Source of the DNA: Eledone cirrhosa
Taxonomy: Eukaryota
Length of the DNA stretch: 64,000 nt
Direction of reading: 5' to 3'
NCBI GenBank assembly: GCA_964016885.1
Contig: OZ024751.1
Span: forward strand, 19,468,001 to 19,532,000
Shown here: piece by piece, positions 41,861-55,343 of the stretch
Layout: each line of letters begins with the position of its first letter
Numbering within the stretch: position 1 is the first letter of the stretch
Notes under the pieces: generated by a model
The model's input: the letters and a program-made list of their open reading frames with translations, nothing else
Database searches by the model: none
What the model was told of the DNA's origin: nothing
Program-made: the position numbers and the translations under genes

Positions 41861-43686
41861 TAATGATACGATATATTATATAATATAATGATATACATAA
41901 TATAATTATTATTTATAATGTTTTCATTGCTTTAATAATGAAACAGGAGAAAACTGAGCAAAAAGAAAGTCACAGAAGAAAGAAGAGGTTACAAAAACAT
42001 CTGGGGGTCCATTGTTTGCATGCAGAAACGATTAGCGATGCGGAAAGAGTTGACCTCCTGCTTCAGGCAAGACTAAAATATGCTCCTTCCAGTTGGCCAT
42101 GAGCCGCAGTCTCTTCATAACTCCCTCACATCTATCTCCTCCCAACCACCCACCTCTCTCTCTGTCAACACCTCCTCGTCCGCGATCTACTTTCACACTT
42201 TCATCAGTGAAACATATGACAGAAATATATATATATATGCACTAAACAAATAAGGACATTCTCCCCACAATTCCTCAAAACATGATGACACACACTTTTA
42301 AAAGGAACTTAATCATAACAAGCCAATCCCTATGGAGAGCCTTTACATGTTCGTTGGACCTGTTAGAAATAGCAGCTAAACTATAACTTCAAATCACACC
42401 CAATCGTTTTTTTTTGTTTTGCTTTTTTGTTTAAGAGAAGGCTACAATACTTAATGTACTCCTAGATACACTGTGTACATATATTAATCACCCATAGCAT
42501 CACCACCTTCCTTAGGTAATGTTTATTGGCTACATCAAAAGAAAGTGTGTAGTGTTCTTTTTCAAGATGGTGGGGAAGTCTAAAGTTTGTCTTGAGCCCG
42601 GAGACTCATCAAGCCAGAGTTTATTCCACTTTCTGTGGCATGAAGCGACAGAGTACAAGATTCCCCACACACTGGACAGGGTGCCAGTCCATCGCAGGGT
42701 TAAATCCCAAGCTATTGCTGGTACTCATTTTCAGTGGTATATTCTGGAGCAATGTGAAATGTGTTTCGCTCAAGAACACAACCCACAACCAAGCCCAGGA
42801 ATCAAACCCACGACATTATGATCATAAGTCCAACACCCTTATATTTTCTTGTGGGGGTCAGATAAATGTGCATGGCGATAATTTGGCTGCTATTTCAAGC
42901 AACTCATCCACAGAAAAACTTCCTCACTGATACAATAAAATAGCGTGTCTCGTTTAGTCCCAGATCCAACCATGATCATCCCATTGAATTTCAATATAGT
43001 GAATGCATTAATCCCGCTAGTCCTTAAAACAGGTCCTGTGTTTAGAGTCTCGTCCCCACTATGCTGCGAGTTCAAATCTCGGAGCTATACCAAATCACTT
43101 CCCTTCTCTCTCTCCTATGCCATGTCTGTGGTGTTATGGTAAACCACAATGTGACAAATCAATCATCACACACACACACAACCCCCACCCCATTATAATA
43201 CCTTGTTTCTCATACCTCAATGTTTGTGTCTGTTGATAACAACAACAACAACAACAGTAAGTGCCTCTCCTAATAGTAATAAATAGCGCATCTAAAGATT
43301 ATCGCCAACATCATCAAATGAGGTGACACTTTATAGAAAGGTGTTCAAACCATATGTTCGGGTTTAACACCTTCATAGTTGTTGGTCTAAAGCAGGAGAG
43401 ACGTGGTGGTGGTGGTGGTGGTATTGGTGGTGTTGATGATGGTCTAAGCCAGGAGAGGGATATACTGATGGTGGTGGTAATGATAATAGTGGTGGTGGTG
43501 CTCTAAGCCAGGAAAGAGATATACTGGTGGTGGTGGTGGTGGTGTTGATGGTGGTGGTGTTCTAAGCCAGGATAGAGATATACTGGTGGTGGTGGTGCCA
43601 AAAACAATATACCTTAATGTTTTTCTTTCACCCTCACTAACACACAGATAGACAGATGGATGTATACCTACATAAATATATGCATG

Positions 43687-43736
<50 letters not shown>

Positions 43737-44209
43737 GATACAGACATACACACAAACACAGCAATCAAGTACAACCAAGCAAAAATTCACATCACCACCA
43801 ACATCACCACAATCAACATCACCACCAACACCATCACATCACTACATCATCACCACCAACTTCACATCACCACCACCATCACATCACCACATCACCATCA
43901 CCAACACCACCACATCACATCACCACCACCACCACCACATTACCACCAATATCATACCAACACAACCACCACCACACCAAATATTCATCATTATGATTAT
44001 TATTTTAAGTATTATCACCCCCATCAGTAGTGGTGGGGGGTCCTTATCATCGGTGTCCCCCACCCCAGACCCTCATCTAACAGAAATAAAACTAAGAAAC
44101 AAACAACAAACAAAAGAATATATGAATACATAAGTAGATGGGGACTGACAGACAATAAACAGAGTGTCAAGAGGGGTCAGGACCTGGAGGGTGAGTGGGA
44201 GTGAGGGGG

Positions 44210-45520
44210 TGAGAAAAAGAGGGAGAGAGAGAGGTAGAGAGAGGTAGAGAGAGAGAGACATAGAGAGAGAGAGAAGGAGGAATAAGAGAAATGTAGAGAA
44301 ATGTAGAGAGAGTGAGGGTAGAGAGACAAGAGAGAGAGAGTGAGGGTAGAGAGACAAGAGAGAGAGTGAGTGAGGGTAGAGAGACGAGAGAGAGTGAGTG
44401 AGGGTAGAGAGACGAGAGAGAGTGAGTGAGGGTAGAGAGACAAGAGAGAGAGAGTGAGGGTAGAGAGACAAGAGAGAGAGAGTGAGGGTAGAGAGAGAAG
44501 AGAGAGAGAGTGAGGGTAGAGAGACAAGAGAGAGAGAGTGAGGGTAGAGAGACAAGAGAGAGAGAGTGAGGGTAGAGAGAGAGAGTGAGGGTAGAGAGAC
44601 AAGAGAGAGAGAGTGAGGGTAAAGAGAGAGAGAGTGAGGGTAGAGAGAGAGAGTGAGGGTAGAGAGACAAGAGAGAGAGAGTGAGGGTAAAGAGAGAGAG
44701 AGTGAGGGTAAAGAGAGAGAGAGTGAGGGTAAAGAGAGAGAGAGTGAGGGTAGAGAGAGAGTGAGGGTAGAGAGACAAGAGAGAGAGAGAGTGAGGGTAG
44801 AGAGACAAGAGAGAGAGAGAGAGTGAGGGTAGAGAGACAAGAGAGAGAGAGAGAGTGAGGGTAGAGAGACAAGAGAGAGAGAGAGAGTGAGGGTAGAGAG
44901 ACAAGAGAGAGAGAGAGAGTGAGGGTAGAGAGACAAGAGAGAGAGAGAGAGTGAGGGTAGAGAGACAAGAGAGAGAGAGAGTGAGGGTAGAGAGACAAGA
45001 GAGAGAGAGAGTGAGGGTAGAGAGACAAGAGAGAGTGAGGGTAGAGAGACAAGAGAGAGTGAGGGTAGAGAGACAAGAGAGAGTGAGGGTAGAGAGACAA
45101 GAGAGAGAGAGGGTAGAGAGACAAGAGAGAGTGAGGGTAGAGAGACAAGAGAGAGAGAGAGTAGAGAGACAAGAGAGAGAGAGAGAGAGAGTAGAGAGAC
45201 AAGAGAGAGAGAGGGTAGAGAGACAAGAGAGAGAGTAAGGGTAGACAGAGTGAGGGGCAGAGTGAAGGGCAGAGAAAGTGAGGGTAGACAGAGTGAGGGG
45301 CAGAGAAAGTGAGGGTAGACAGAGTGAGAGGCAGAGAAAGAGGGAGGGACAGAGAAAGAAAGAGGAGGGGGACAGAGAAAGAAAGAGGAGGGGGACAGAG
45401 AAAGAAAGAGGAGGGGGACAGAAAGAAAGAGGAGGGGGAAAGAGAAAGAAAGAGGAGAGGGACAAAGAAAGAAAGAGATGGGGGGGGTAGAGAGATGGGG
45501 GGGGGGGGGGGGGTAGAGAG
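44210..45520. repeat. (gagtgagggtagagagacaa(ga)n) minisatellite
   Basis: Direct inspection. Confidence 0.9.
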
Positions 45521-46113
45521 ATGCTGGCTTTTGATAAATGCCTTTAATGGTTTTCAACTAGAGTGTGGCAGCTATGTGGGTAGGTAGGTGATATAGGGTG
45601 AAGCAGATACTTGGTGACACTATATCACCCCACACACTCACACCACTACCACCACCCAATTCCTGTTACCTCAATAACCCCTCCCCCCTGCCCTCACACC
45701 GCAAAAAAACAACAGTCACAGTTCATTATCAATTAATATCCGTGATTTCACGATTTTTCGACAATAACAAATTAAAATATACATATATGCATAATACATA
45801 CACCACACTACATGTACAGAGGCACGAGGGAGCCTGTACGGGGTAGGTCGACTTACAAGAAATAACAGCCAAATCTTTCTAAAATCACAAGCTACCGTCT
45901 TACAACAAAACATCAGATTGTGTGTGCGTATATGAATGTATATATTGTACATATGTATCAGTGGCAAAGGGTAACCTGGAAAGCAGGGCATGCAGTCCAA
46001 TTGCCATGGCGGAAAGTGGGGCTGTGCAGCCTTAACCCCCCCCCCCCCCCCCCCCCCCTCCCACACACACACACACACACCCCTCAAATGACCCTCCCGG
46101 TCAAAGCCGCATG

Positions 46114-46115
<2 letters not shown>

Positions 46116-46159
<44 letters not shown>

Positions 46160-46320
46160 TGTGGTGTGGTGTGGTGTGGTGTGGTGTGGTGTGGTGTGGT
46201 GTGGTGTGGTGTGGTGTGGTGTGGTGTGGTGTGGTGTGGTGTGGTGTGGTGTGGTGTGGTGTGGTGTGGTGTGGTGTGGTGTGGTGTGGTGTGGTGTGGT
46301 GTGGTGTGGTGTGGTGGTGT
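46116..46320. repeat. (TG)n followed by (GTGGT)n
   Basis: Direct inspection. Confidence 0.95.
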
Positions 46321-46507
46321 GCGTGTGCATACGATTTAGTAAGCAGCCAAAATTCTGCATGCTTCAACCCGACGCAATTGATCAACTCAAGATTCTATAA
46401 CGCATGCACTGCATGCACACACCCTTCACCCCTGGTATGTATATGCATGTATGCATGTGTATGTATATGCGCGGAGACATAGAAATAGTCAGGCTGGATA
46501 CTCAATT

Positions 46508-46826
46508 GCGCGGTTAAACCACTGGGAGTGAAGAACCCGTAGCCTTTGTCAGGGCATTCATCTAGGAGAAGGCAACTCAGGAAACTGGGATAACTCCAAC
46601 ATAAAACCTTCAGCTCAGTAGTTATCGATGATGTTGATCTTTTCTTCTTTTCGAGTTATAGCTACTGTCCCTCAGAGAGTGGGATTGGCTCAGTGCACAG
46701 TCTTTTCTCATTTTAAAAAAAAAAATCTTCACGCACAGGCATTGCACGATAGCATTAATTGATAATTATTAATAATGGTATATCGTGCAATGGCCATACT
46801 CGATAACGAGAGGGCAGCCATCATCA
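46508..46826 (+). mobile_element. Interspersed ~320-bp repeat, second copy at 54320-54634 (possibly LINE/RTE-related)
   Basis: cgcggttaaaccactggg...ggcaactcaggaaactgggataactcc...gccatactcgataacgag...gccatcat is collinear in both copies. Confidence 0.7.
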
Positions 46827-47767
46827 TATATTGTGTATACATATATGCTTTGACTTGAATCTACATGCCTGATTAGCAGATCCATACTGGAATTGGGTCT
46901 ATCACATAAAGACCTCGGGTCAATCATATGTATGTATGTGATACATGCCTAACGTTCGATATGGAATAAAAATATTTTAAAGTGAAACCTCATCTCATAC
47001 ATAATACACACAGTCTCACAATCCGAATGTGGCACGTGGGACAAAATAAATCAATCAACTGAGACTATCCTCGAAATATCAAGGTCGGAACTCCCTTTAG
47101 GTAATAAAGCAGCAAGGAAGAGAACTCCAATAGCTTGGAACTATTTAAGACAATGGACCTATCCTATAAACTACCTTCGTGAAAGCAGTGGCATGTTTCA
47201 ATCTTATTACATCTCATCAGCAAAGTATATTTACTCAGCATGCTGGTTAGACTGTTCATATACATAGACTTCATGCAGAGCCTCCCCCAACGCCTTCCTC
47301 TCCTCTTGTGCTTCCCCTTTGTTGTCACAAACAGCATGTAATTTCTTTCTATATTCTTCTTGTTCAACATGCAAAGTACATATGCTTCACTGAAGAGATC
47401 TGATAAGATTGAAATTGTTGCAGTCTAATGACTGAAACCGGTAAAAGGCGTAAAAGAATAAATATATGAATAATTACAGAAAATGACAAAGAAAGAAGGA
47501 AACAAAGAAAAAGAAAAAATGAAGGAAAAAAGAAAAAGGAAAAATTAAGTAAAAAAGAAAAAGAAAAAAAAATGAAAAAAAAAATGAAGGAAAAACGAAA
47601 AAGAAAAAATGAAGGAAGAAAAAGAAAAAATGAAGGAAACAAAGAAAAAAATGAAAGCAACAAATAAAAAAATGAAAGCAACAAATAAATAGAAGAAAAA
47701 AAGAAAAATTAGTAAAAAAAATAGAGTGAAGTAGTAGTGTGATGTTGAAGAATGGAACGATACTTAC

Positions 47768-47914
47768 CGTTTCGTTAAGAACCTCGTCAGAGATATAAGC
47801 AATCCAAGGCTGTGTTGTAAGAAATCCGATATGGACTTGTTGTTGTCAATTGGTCCTTGAACTAAACTGAAATAGTGCGTCAATTTGTCCACTACACCAA
47901 CACTGATCACATAA
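47768..47914 (-). CDS. SCAPER: SCAPER (S-phase cyclin A-associated protein in the ER) internal exon, 147 nt, phase 2/2
   Basis: Minus strand reads ctttccctgcag|T TAT GTG...AAA CG|gtaagta. Translation YVISVGVVDKLTHYFSLVQGPIDNNKSISDFLQHSLGLLISLTRFLTKR matches the SCAPER C-terminal segment as I recall it (human SYVVNMGLIDKL...SVQGPVDENPKMAIFLQHAAGLL). It splices in frame to the 38137-38374 exon. Confidence 0.9.
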
Positions 47915-48103
47915 CTGCAGGGAAAGAAAAAGAAAAAGTGAAAGAGTGAGTATCAAAGAAGTGGAGGTATTTATTTTATGGCGATACATTTGATATATAA
48001 ACGCACCCCCAACGTATATAACCATAATAATAGTCAATCACTGTAAATAAATGTTGCAAAAATCGAGTAAAATATCTCTGGAGAAAGAAAAAAAATGGAC
48101 AGT

Positions 48104-50240
48104 GGAGCTTGTGAGGAATCGAAACCAACACCTCTCAGATGTCAGGTGAGTCCGTTAACCACTAGACTACAGCTAGTCAGGTGAGTCCGTTAACCACGAG
48201 ACTACAGCTAGTCAGGTGAGTCCGTTAACCACGAGACTACAGCTAGTCAGGTGAGTCCGTTAACCACGAGACTACAGCTAGTCAGGCGAGTCCGTTAACC
48301 ACGAGACTACAGCTAGTCAGGCGAGTCCGTTAACCACGAGACTACAGCGAGTCAGGTGAGTCCGTTAACCACGAGACTACAGCTAGTCAGGTGAGTCCGT
48401 TAACCACGAGACTACAGCTAGTCAGGTGAGTCCGTTAACCACGAGACTACAGCTAGTCAGGTGAGTCCATTAACCACGAGACTACAGCTAGTCAGGCGAG
48501 TCCGTTAACCACGAGACTACAGCGAGTCAGGTGAGTCCGTTAACCACGAGACTACAGCTAGTCAGGTGAGTCCGTTAACCACGAGACTACAGCGAGTCAG
48601 GTGAGTCCGTTAACCACGAGACTACAGCTAGTCAGGTGAGTCCGTTAACCACGAGACTACAGCTAGTCAGGTGAGTCCGTTAACCACGAGACTACAGCTA
48701 GTCAGGTGAGTCCATTAACCACGAGACTACAGCTAGTCAGGCGAGTCCGTTAACCACGAGACTACAGCGAGTCAGGTGAGTCCGTTAACCACGAGACTAC
48801 AGCTAGTCAGGTGAGTCCGTTAACCACTAGACTACAGCTAGTCAGGTGAGTCCGTTAACCACGAGACTACAGCTAGTCAGGCGAGTCCGTTAACCACGAG
48901 ACTACAGCGAGTCAGGTGAGTCCGTTAACCACGAGACTACAGCTAGTCAGGTGAGTCCGTTAACCACGAGACTACAGCTAGTCAGGTGAGTCCGTTAACC
49001 ACGAGACTACAGCTAGTCAGGTGAGTCCGTTAACCACTAGACTACAGCTAGTCAGGTGAGTCCGTTAACCACTAGACTACAGCTAGTCAGGTGAGTCCAT
49101 TAACCACTAGACTACAGCTAGTCAGGTGAGTCCGTTAACCACGAGACTACAGCTAGTCAGGTGAGTCCGTTAACCACTAGACTACAGCTAGTCAGGTGAG
49201 TCCGTTAACCACTAGACTACAGCTAGTCAGGTGAGTCCGTTAACCACGAGACTACAGCTAGTCAGGTGAGTCCGTTAACCACTAGACTACAGCTAGTCAG
49301 GTGAGTCCGTTAACCACGAGACTACAGCTAGTCAGGTGAGTCCGTTAACCACGAGACTACAGCTAGTCAGGTGAGTCCGTTAACCACTAGACTACAGCTA
49401 GTCAGGTGAGTCCGTTAACCACGAGACTACAGCTAGTCAGGTGAGTCCGTTAACCACGAGACTACAGCGAGTCAGGTGAGTCCGTTAACCACGAGACTAC
49501 AGCTAGTCAGGTGAGTCCGTTAACCACTAGACTACAGCTAGTCAGGTGAGTCCGTTAACCACGAGACTACAGCGAGTCAGGTGAGTCCGTTAACCACGAG
49601 ACTACAGCTAGTCAGGTGAGTCCGTTAACCACGAGACTACAGCTAGTCAGGTGAGTCCGTTAACCACCTGACTACAGCTAGTCAGGTGAGTCCGTTAACC
49701 ACGAGACTACAGCTAGTCAGGTGAGTCCGTTAACCACGAGACTACAGCTAGTCAGGTGAGTCCGTTAACCACCTGACTACAGCTAGTCAGGTGAGTCCGT
49801 TAACCACGAGACTACAGCTAGTCAGGTGAGTCCGTTAACCACGAGACTACAGCTAGTCAGGTGAGTCCGTTAACCACGAGACTACAGCTAGTCAGGTGAG
49901 TCCGTTAACCACGAGACTACAGCTAGTCAGGTGAGTCCGTTAACCACCTGACTACAGCTAGTCAGGTGAGTCCGTTAACCACCTGACTACAGCTAGTCAG
50001 GTGAGTCCGTTAACCACGAGACTACAGCTAGTCAGGTGAGTCCGTTAACCACCTGACTACAGCTAGTCAGGTGAGTCCGTTAACCACTAGACTACAGCTA
50101 GTCAGGTGAGTCCGTTAACCACTAGACTACAGCTAGTCAGGTGAGTCCGTTAACCACGAGACTACAGCTAGTCAGGTGAGTCCGTTAACCACGAGACTAC
50201 AGCTAGTCAGGTGAGTCCGTTAACCACGAGACTACAGCTA
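48104..50240 (-). repeat. 60 x 35-bp satellite (48141-50240) amplified from the 5' half of a tRNA-like/SINE head
   Basis: Unit gtcaggtgagtccgttaaccacgagactacagcta. The terminal unit plus 48104-48140 reads on the minus strand agctgtagtctagtggttaacggactcacctgacatctgagaggtgttggtttcgattcctcacaagct (A box, anticodon-like arm, B box). Confidence 0.9.
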
Positions 50241-50304
50241 GAAGTATAAACAACCGTTTAGCTTAAGTAAACTATGGATGTTGTAAGTATATTAACAGTT
50301 TGTT

Positions 50305-51084
50305 GTATTTCTGTCTTACCAGAGGTTTCAAGAAGTAAACATACCTGTCTCATCTGATGTCATGACCTCTGATGAGACAGACATGTTTGTCTCATCTGAT
50401 GTCATGACCTCTGATGAGACAGACATGTTTGTCTCATCTGATGTCATGACCTCTGATGAGACAGACATGTTTGTCTCATCTGATGTCATGACCTCTGATG
50501 AGACAGATATGTTTGTCTCATCTGATGTCATGACCTCTGATGAGACAGATATGTTTGTCTCATCTGATGTCATGACCTCTGATGAGACAGACATGTTTGT
50601 CTCATCTGATGTCATGACCTCTGATGAGAGATATGTTTGTCTCATCTGATGTCATGACCTCTGATGAGACAGACATGTTTGTCTCATCTGATGTCATGAC
50701 CTCTGATGAGACAGACATGTTTGTCTCATCTGATGTCATGACCTCTGATGAGAGATATGTTTGTCTCATCTGATGTCATGACCTCTGATGAGACAGACAT
50801 GTTTGTCTCATCTGATGTCATGACCTCTGATGAGACATATGTTTGTCTCATCTGATGTCATGACCTCTGATGAGACAGACATGTTTGTCTCATCTGATGT
50901 CATGACCTCTGATGAGACAGACATGTTTGTCTCATCTGATGTCATGACCTCTGATGAGACAGACATGTTTGTCTCATCTGATGTCATGACCTCTGATGAG
51001 ACAGATATGTTTGTCTCATCTGATGTCATGACCTCTGATGAGACAGATATGTTTGTCTTGAAACCACTGGTAACACAGAAATAC
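50305..51084. repeat. ~17 x 42-bp quasi-palindromic array (50346-51058) inside ~29-bp inverted termini, hammerhead-core derived
   Basis: Unit gtctcatctgatgtcatgacctCTGATGAgacagacatgttt. Flanks are gtatttctgtcttaccagaggtttcaaga and tcttGAAAccactgGTAacacagaaatac. Confidence 0.85.
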
Positions 51085-51349
51085 GTATAACTTAATATGT
51101 ATGAGTATATATGTGTATGTAAACTCGTAACTCTTGGTGAAATCGTAGGAGTGCCATATTGACATATACTCAGCTGAGTATACTGGAGCAACGTAAAATT
51201 GAGTGTTTTGCTCAAGAATACAACACAAAACCGAGTCCAACAATGGAACACTCGACATTATGATCGTAAATCCACTAAGTAAGACGTTCCAGTGACTGCC
51301 AATCCGCTTTCTATGTATGTTTGTTTGAGGGAGCAAGTGTGTGTGTATA

Positions 51350-51446
51350 CAGGGTGTCCCAACAAACGTATACACACTTTGATTACCTATACAGGCAATA
51401 TTTATTAGAATGCTATTGAAGTGTATATACATTTTCGGGGGACACC

Positions 51447-51449
<3 letters not shown>
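51350..51449. mobile_element. Tc1/mariner-like MITE
   Basis: ta CAGGGTGTCCC...gtatacacactt ... aagtgtatatac...GGGACACCCT terminal inverted repeats. Confidence 0.6.
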
Positions 51450-51493
<44 letters not shown>

Positions 51494-53578
51494 AGAAAAT
51501 AAAAGTAAGGAAGATATCCAATCAAATGATATATAATATGTTGCATAAATAAAACATTTAATTGAATTACAATATAAAATATAAACAGTTATATTTTAAT
51601 GAAAAGTTACCTGGAAATGAGAAGTGGAACTTTTAGAAACTTTTTTATTGCATATTTTATATTCTACACACAAATCTCACTTCGTCAGCTGTCGACTTAG
51701 GATCACAACGATTTGGACTACAGAGACACCCTCACACACACCTCGCACGCAGACACATTCACCATCACCACACTCGCATACACACATCATAGCACCTCAC
51801 TTACCCACACACGCACGCAACACTCACAGTACACCAAACATGCATAAACTTTGAAAATATTTATTTTTTTTTTTTTCAATATTAAAAGACTTTTTGCGGA
51901 GGAGGGGTGACAAAGTGTTTTGTTTTGATTTGGGGTTTTTTCCCCTCCTGTCTTCCACAGTCAAACCATAGCCATTTTCGTACTAAATGACAAGTTTCCT
52001 CGTTTTTAAGTGCTCCAATTGATCTTTTTTATTAAAAAAAAAAAATAAAAAAAAAAATAAAAAAAATCTATATCGAAAGGAAGAGATTTCTCATCTTCGA
52101 TGACAACAACGGTGATATTAATGATGATGATGATGATGGCGGCGACAACAATGATGACGACGACGATAATGACGACACGAGGATAAATTGAAATTTGGAC
52201 AAATCCTGGAACTTGCAGCATATATATATATATATATATACACAGTAATGCGTTTCTTACAAATAGATAATACAGAGAACGGAGATTGTAAAAGCGTTAG
52301 AAAGTCTCTCTCTCTCCTTCTCTCACAATCTAACCAACTTTTTTTTTTTTTTTTTTTTTTTTTTACTACAAAGCGACAGAGTATAGACAGACACGCCATT
52401 AAGGGCAACCACTGAAGTCCTACACACACACACAGATCGACTCACTACCTCACACTTCCATTTAAAATCAACTAAAAAAAAATATACAAAAATAACAACA
52501 AACCAGAGGAGGGAGAGAGAGGCAGAGAAGGGGAGAAAGGGAAAAAAGAAAAAGAAAATAGCACCCCACAAACATCCCGTATTATTATCGACCTGAAACA
52601 CAACATAAAAATCGCAGCTTTTCAAAGTCTCAAACGAAAACCACCTTCTGGAGGACTTAAAAGCTTGAAACTTTCCATTAACCAATATCAATTCACACAC
52701 TCTCTCACACACACACACACACACAAATATACCCTCACACATACACACACACCGAAAAACACATTCACACACACACACACACACACACACATATCCACAT
52801 TCACAGAAACATACTCTCTCTCACACACACTAAACCAAAAACAGAGCCAAAGACACACACACACACTTTCACACAAATATACCCTCACATTTACACAGAC
52901 CGAAAAACACATTCACACATATCCACATTCACACAAAACCAAAGACACACACACACACACACACATGCCCAAATTGAAACCACTTACCAAAAACAACAAT
53001 ATCATAAACCAGTATTGATATCAATGTTATCAATATTATTATTATTATTTATCAATTATAATAATAGTAATGCTCAATATAATTTTATCAAACTATCACT
53101 TCTGAATAGACTGAGAGCATATTTTTTTTATTTTTTTTTTATATATCTCATCCCACTTCCCCCCCACCCGTTCCCACCGCAACACCCGCTCAAACCATAA
53201 GTTAGCGTTTGCAAGAAAGAAAAAGAAAAAAAAACACAAACTAAAAGAAAATACGATTTAAATAAATAATCGAAAAAAAAAAAAATAATAATAATAAGAT
53301 AACACAAAAACACAAACAACAATGAAAATATTCAGAGAAATGGATGCTACATTCTAAAACTCTCCATAACTCCTTCCTTCTGAACTTACAACGAACACCA
53401 AAGAAAAAGAAAAAAAAGCTATTACAAAACTAGGGTAAAAACACGATTGAAAAAATGATTATGTATATATATACTTAAATAAATAAATATACACACACAC
53501 ACATGAGAGAGAGGGGGAGGGGAAGAGAGAAAGATAAAGAGGGAGAGAGGGGGGGGAGAAAGGGAGGGAGAGAGGGAA

Positions 53579-53619
<41 letters not shown>

Positions 53620-53685
53620 AAGAGGGGGAGAGAGAAAAAAAGAAGGAGGGAGGGAGAAAGAGAGAGAGAAAGAGAGAGAGAGATT

Positions 53686-53765
53686 CAGGACCCCGACGGC
53701 TGAGCTCCAGCCGTTTCGACAGCTAGGTCGGATCTAGCTGTCGAAACGGCTGGAGTTCAGCCGTT
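53686..53765. mobile_element. Family A fold-back fragment
   Basis: ggctgagctccagccgtttcgacagctag gtcggat ctagctgtcgaaacggctggagttcagcc. Confidence 0.75.
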
Positions 53766-54637
53766 TCTCGAGAACGTCTGTTAGAATACTTTGCAGTATT
53801 CGTTCCAGCTCTCTGCACACCGAGTTCAAATCCAGCCAGAGTTTGACTTTGCCTTTCGAGATCAATAAATAAAATACCAGTCCAATACTTGGGTCCGATT
53901 GTACTCTCCCTTCCTCTCTCTTCCCTTATCTTTCTCTCTCTCTCTCTCTCTCTCTCTTGAAGAAATCAGCTTTGTATAGACTTGGACAGGGACGGGTATC
54001 GAAAGGTTTAAACTCCCAAGAGGTATGTGAGTTCAAGGCCTGTGTTTTTACACCTGTGTTTGCGTTATCAGTTCTTTAACCGCGTGCGTGTGCGTGTCTC
54101 GGGTCACTCTTGAGTGCTACTGGTAACATGTAACCCAGTACATCATGTCGCATGGTCGAGTCGTCGGCGGCTAAACCGGCAACCCCACCAAGTTTACTTG
54201 GTGAGGAGGGTGATTTTGAACACCCTGCAGGACAAAAAACAAAACCTGACAAAGGGCTGAAGATCTCATAAGAGTCCACGGCCATCCAAAAGTGTGTAAA
54301 TATGTATATACACATGTACCGCGCGGTTAAACCACTGGGTGTGAAGGACCCCTAGCTTTTGTCAGTGCATTCTTCTAGAAGAGGGCAACTCAGGAAACTG
54401 GGATAACTCCGATATAAAACCTGCAGCTTAGTAGTTACCGATGATGTTGATCTTTTCTTCTTTTCGGGTTATAGCTACTGTCGCTCAGAGAGTGGGATTG
54501 GCTCAGTGCACAGTCTTTCCTCACTTTAAAAATATCTTCACGCACAGATATTGCACGATAGAATTAATTAATTAATTATTAATAATGGTATATCGTGCAA
54601 TGGCCATACTCGATAACGAGGGGTCAGCCATCATATA

Positions 54638-54820
54638 TAACGAAGGAGTTGCGGTAAGGATCCAGATGGACCATAATGCACCAGAGAACTCAATTCTTAG
54701 GGTAGTAGAGTGGGTAATAGGAAAAGGTATGACCTCGACGGCAGAGCTCAAACCGTTTCGGTGTCCAGAAATAGCCGTCGAAACGGCTTGAGCTCTGCCG
54801 TCGGGGTCATACATGTTCCT
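54638..54820. mobile_element. Family A element with terminal fold-back
   Basis: Family homology. The turn region is gtttcggtgtccagaaatagccgtcgaaac. Confidence 0.75.
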
Positions 54821-55299
54821 ATATATATATATAAAATATAGAATGTTGATTGCATGGGATGGGGAGAAAAGGGGGTGGAGAGTATCTGAGAAAATTGGTT
54901 GGTAGATACCTCTGTTTATATAAAAATAACAGCAGTCAGTAAATGGTGTTGACAGTGGTGGTCGTGTGTGACAGTGGTGGTCGTGTGTGACAGTGGTGGT
55001 CGTGTGTGACAGTGGTGATAGGTCCCGGCCACGCCCAAATATTAATGGCTCCCCGCTGGTCACTGTGGGGGAGGGGAGGGGGGGTCCGTCCATTTGTCTG
55101 TTAATGTTTGCCAACCGTTCCCTGTCTGTCTGTCGGCCGGCCTGCCTGTGTGTGTGTGGACTGGTGTAACGGAAACTAAAGGGTCTTCCTCAACGACACA
55201 ACGTGCCACCAGATATCGAACTCACGACTTTAAGATCGTGATCCGAACACCCTAACCACTAAGCCACGCGCTTTCACAGATACGTTCACACACACACAC

Positions 55300-55343
<44 letters not shown>

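Noticed and set aside
42185-42215. Minus-strand CTGATGA...GAAA
   Set aside because: Only 6 unpaired nt between the motifs and no stem II or III. Probably chance.
47188-47224. Minus-strand CTGATGA-gatgtaataagatt-GAAACATGC
   Set aside because: Core-like, but it lacks the U of the NUH site and stem I pairing. At most a dead copy.
48104-48175. Functional tRNA gene
   Set aside because: The acceptor, anticodon and T stems pair poorly. Treated as a tRNA-derived SINE head.
48141-50240. CRISPR-like array of 35-bp repeats
   Set aside because: Units are head-to-tail with no unique spacers, there are no cas genes and the context is eukaryotic.
54076-54315. ORF with an acceptor-like tcctgcag as a candidate upstream SCAPER exon
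   Set aside because: No convincing SCAPER similarity and no phase-2 donor to join the 47914 exon. It looks more like a retroelement UTR fragment.
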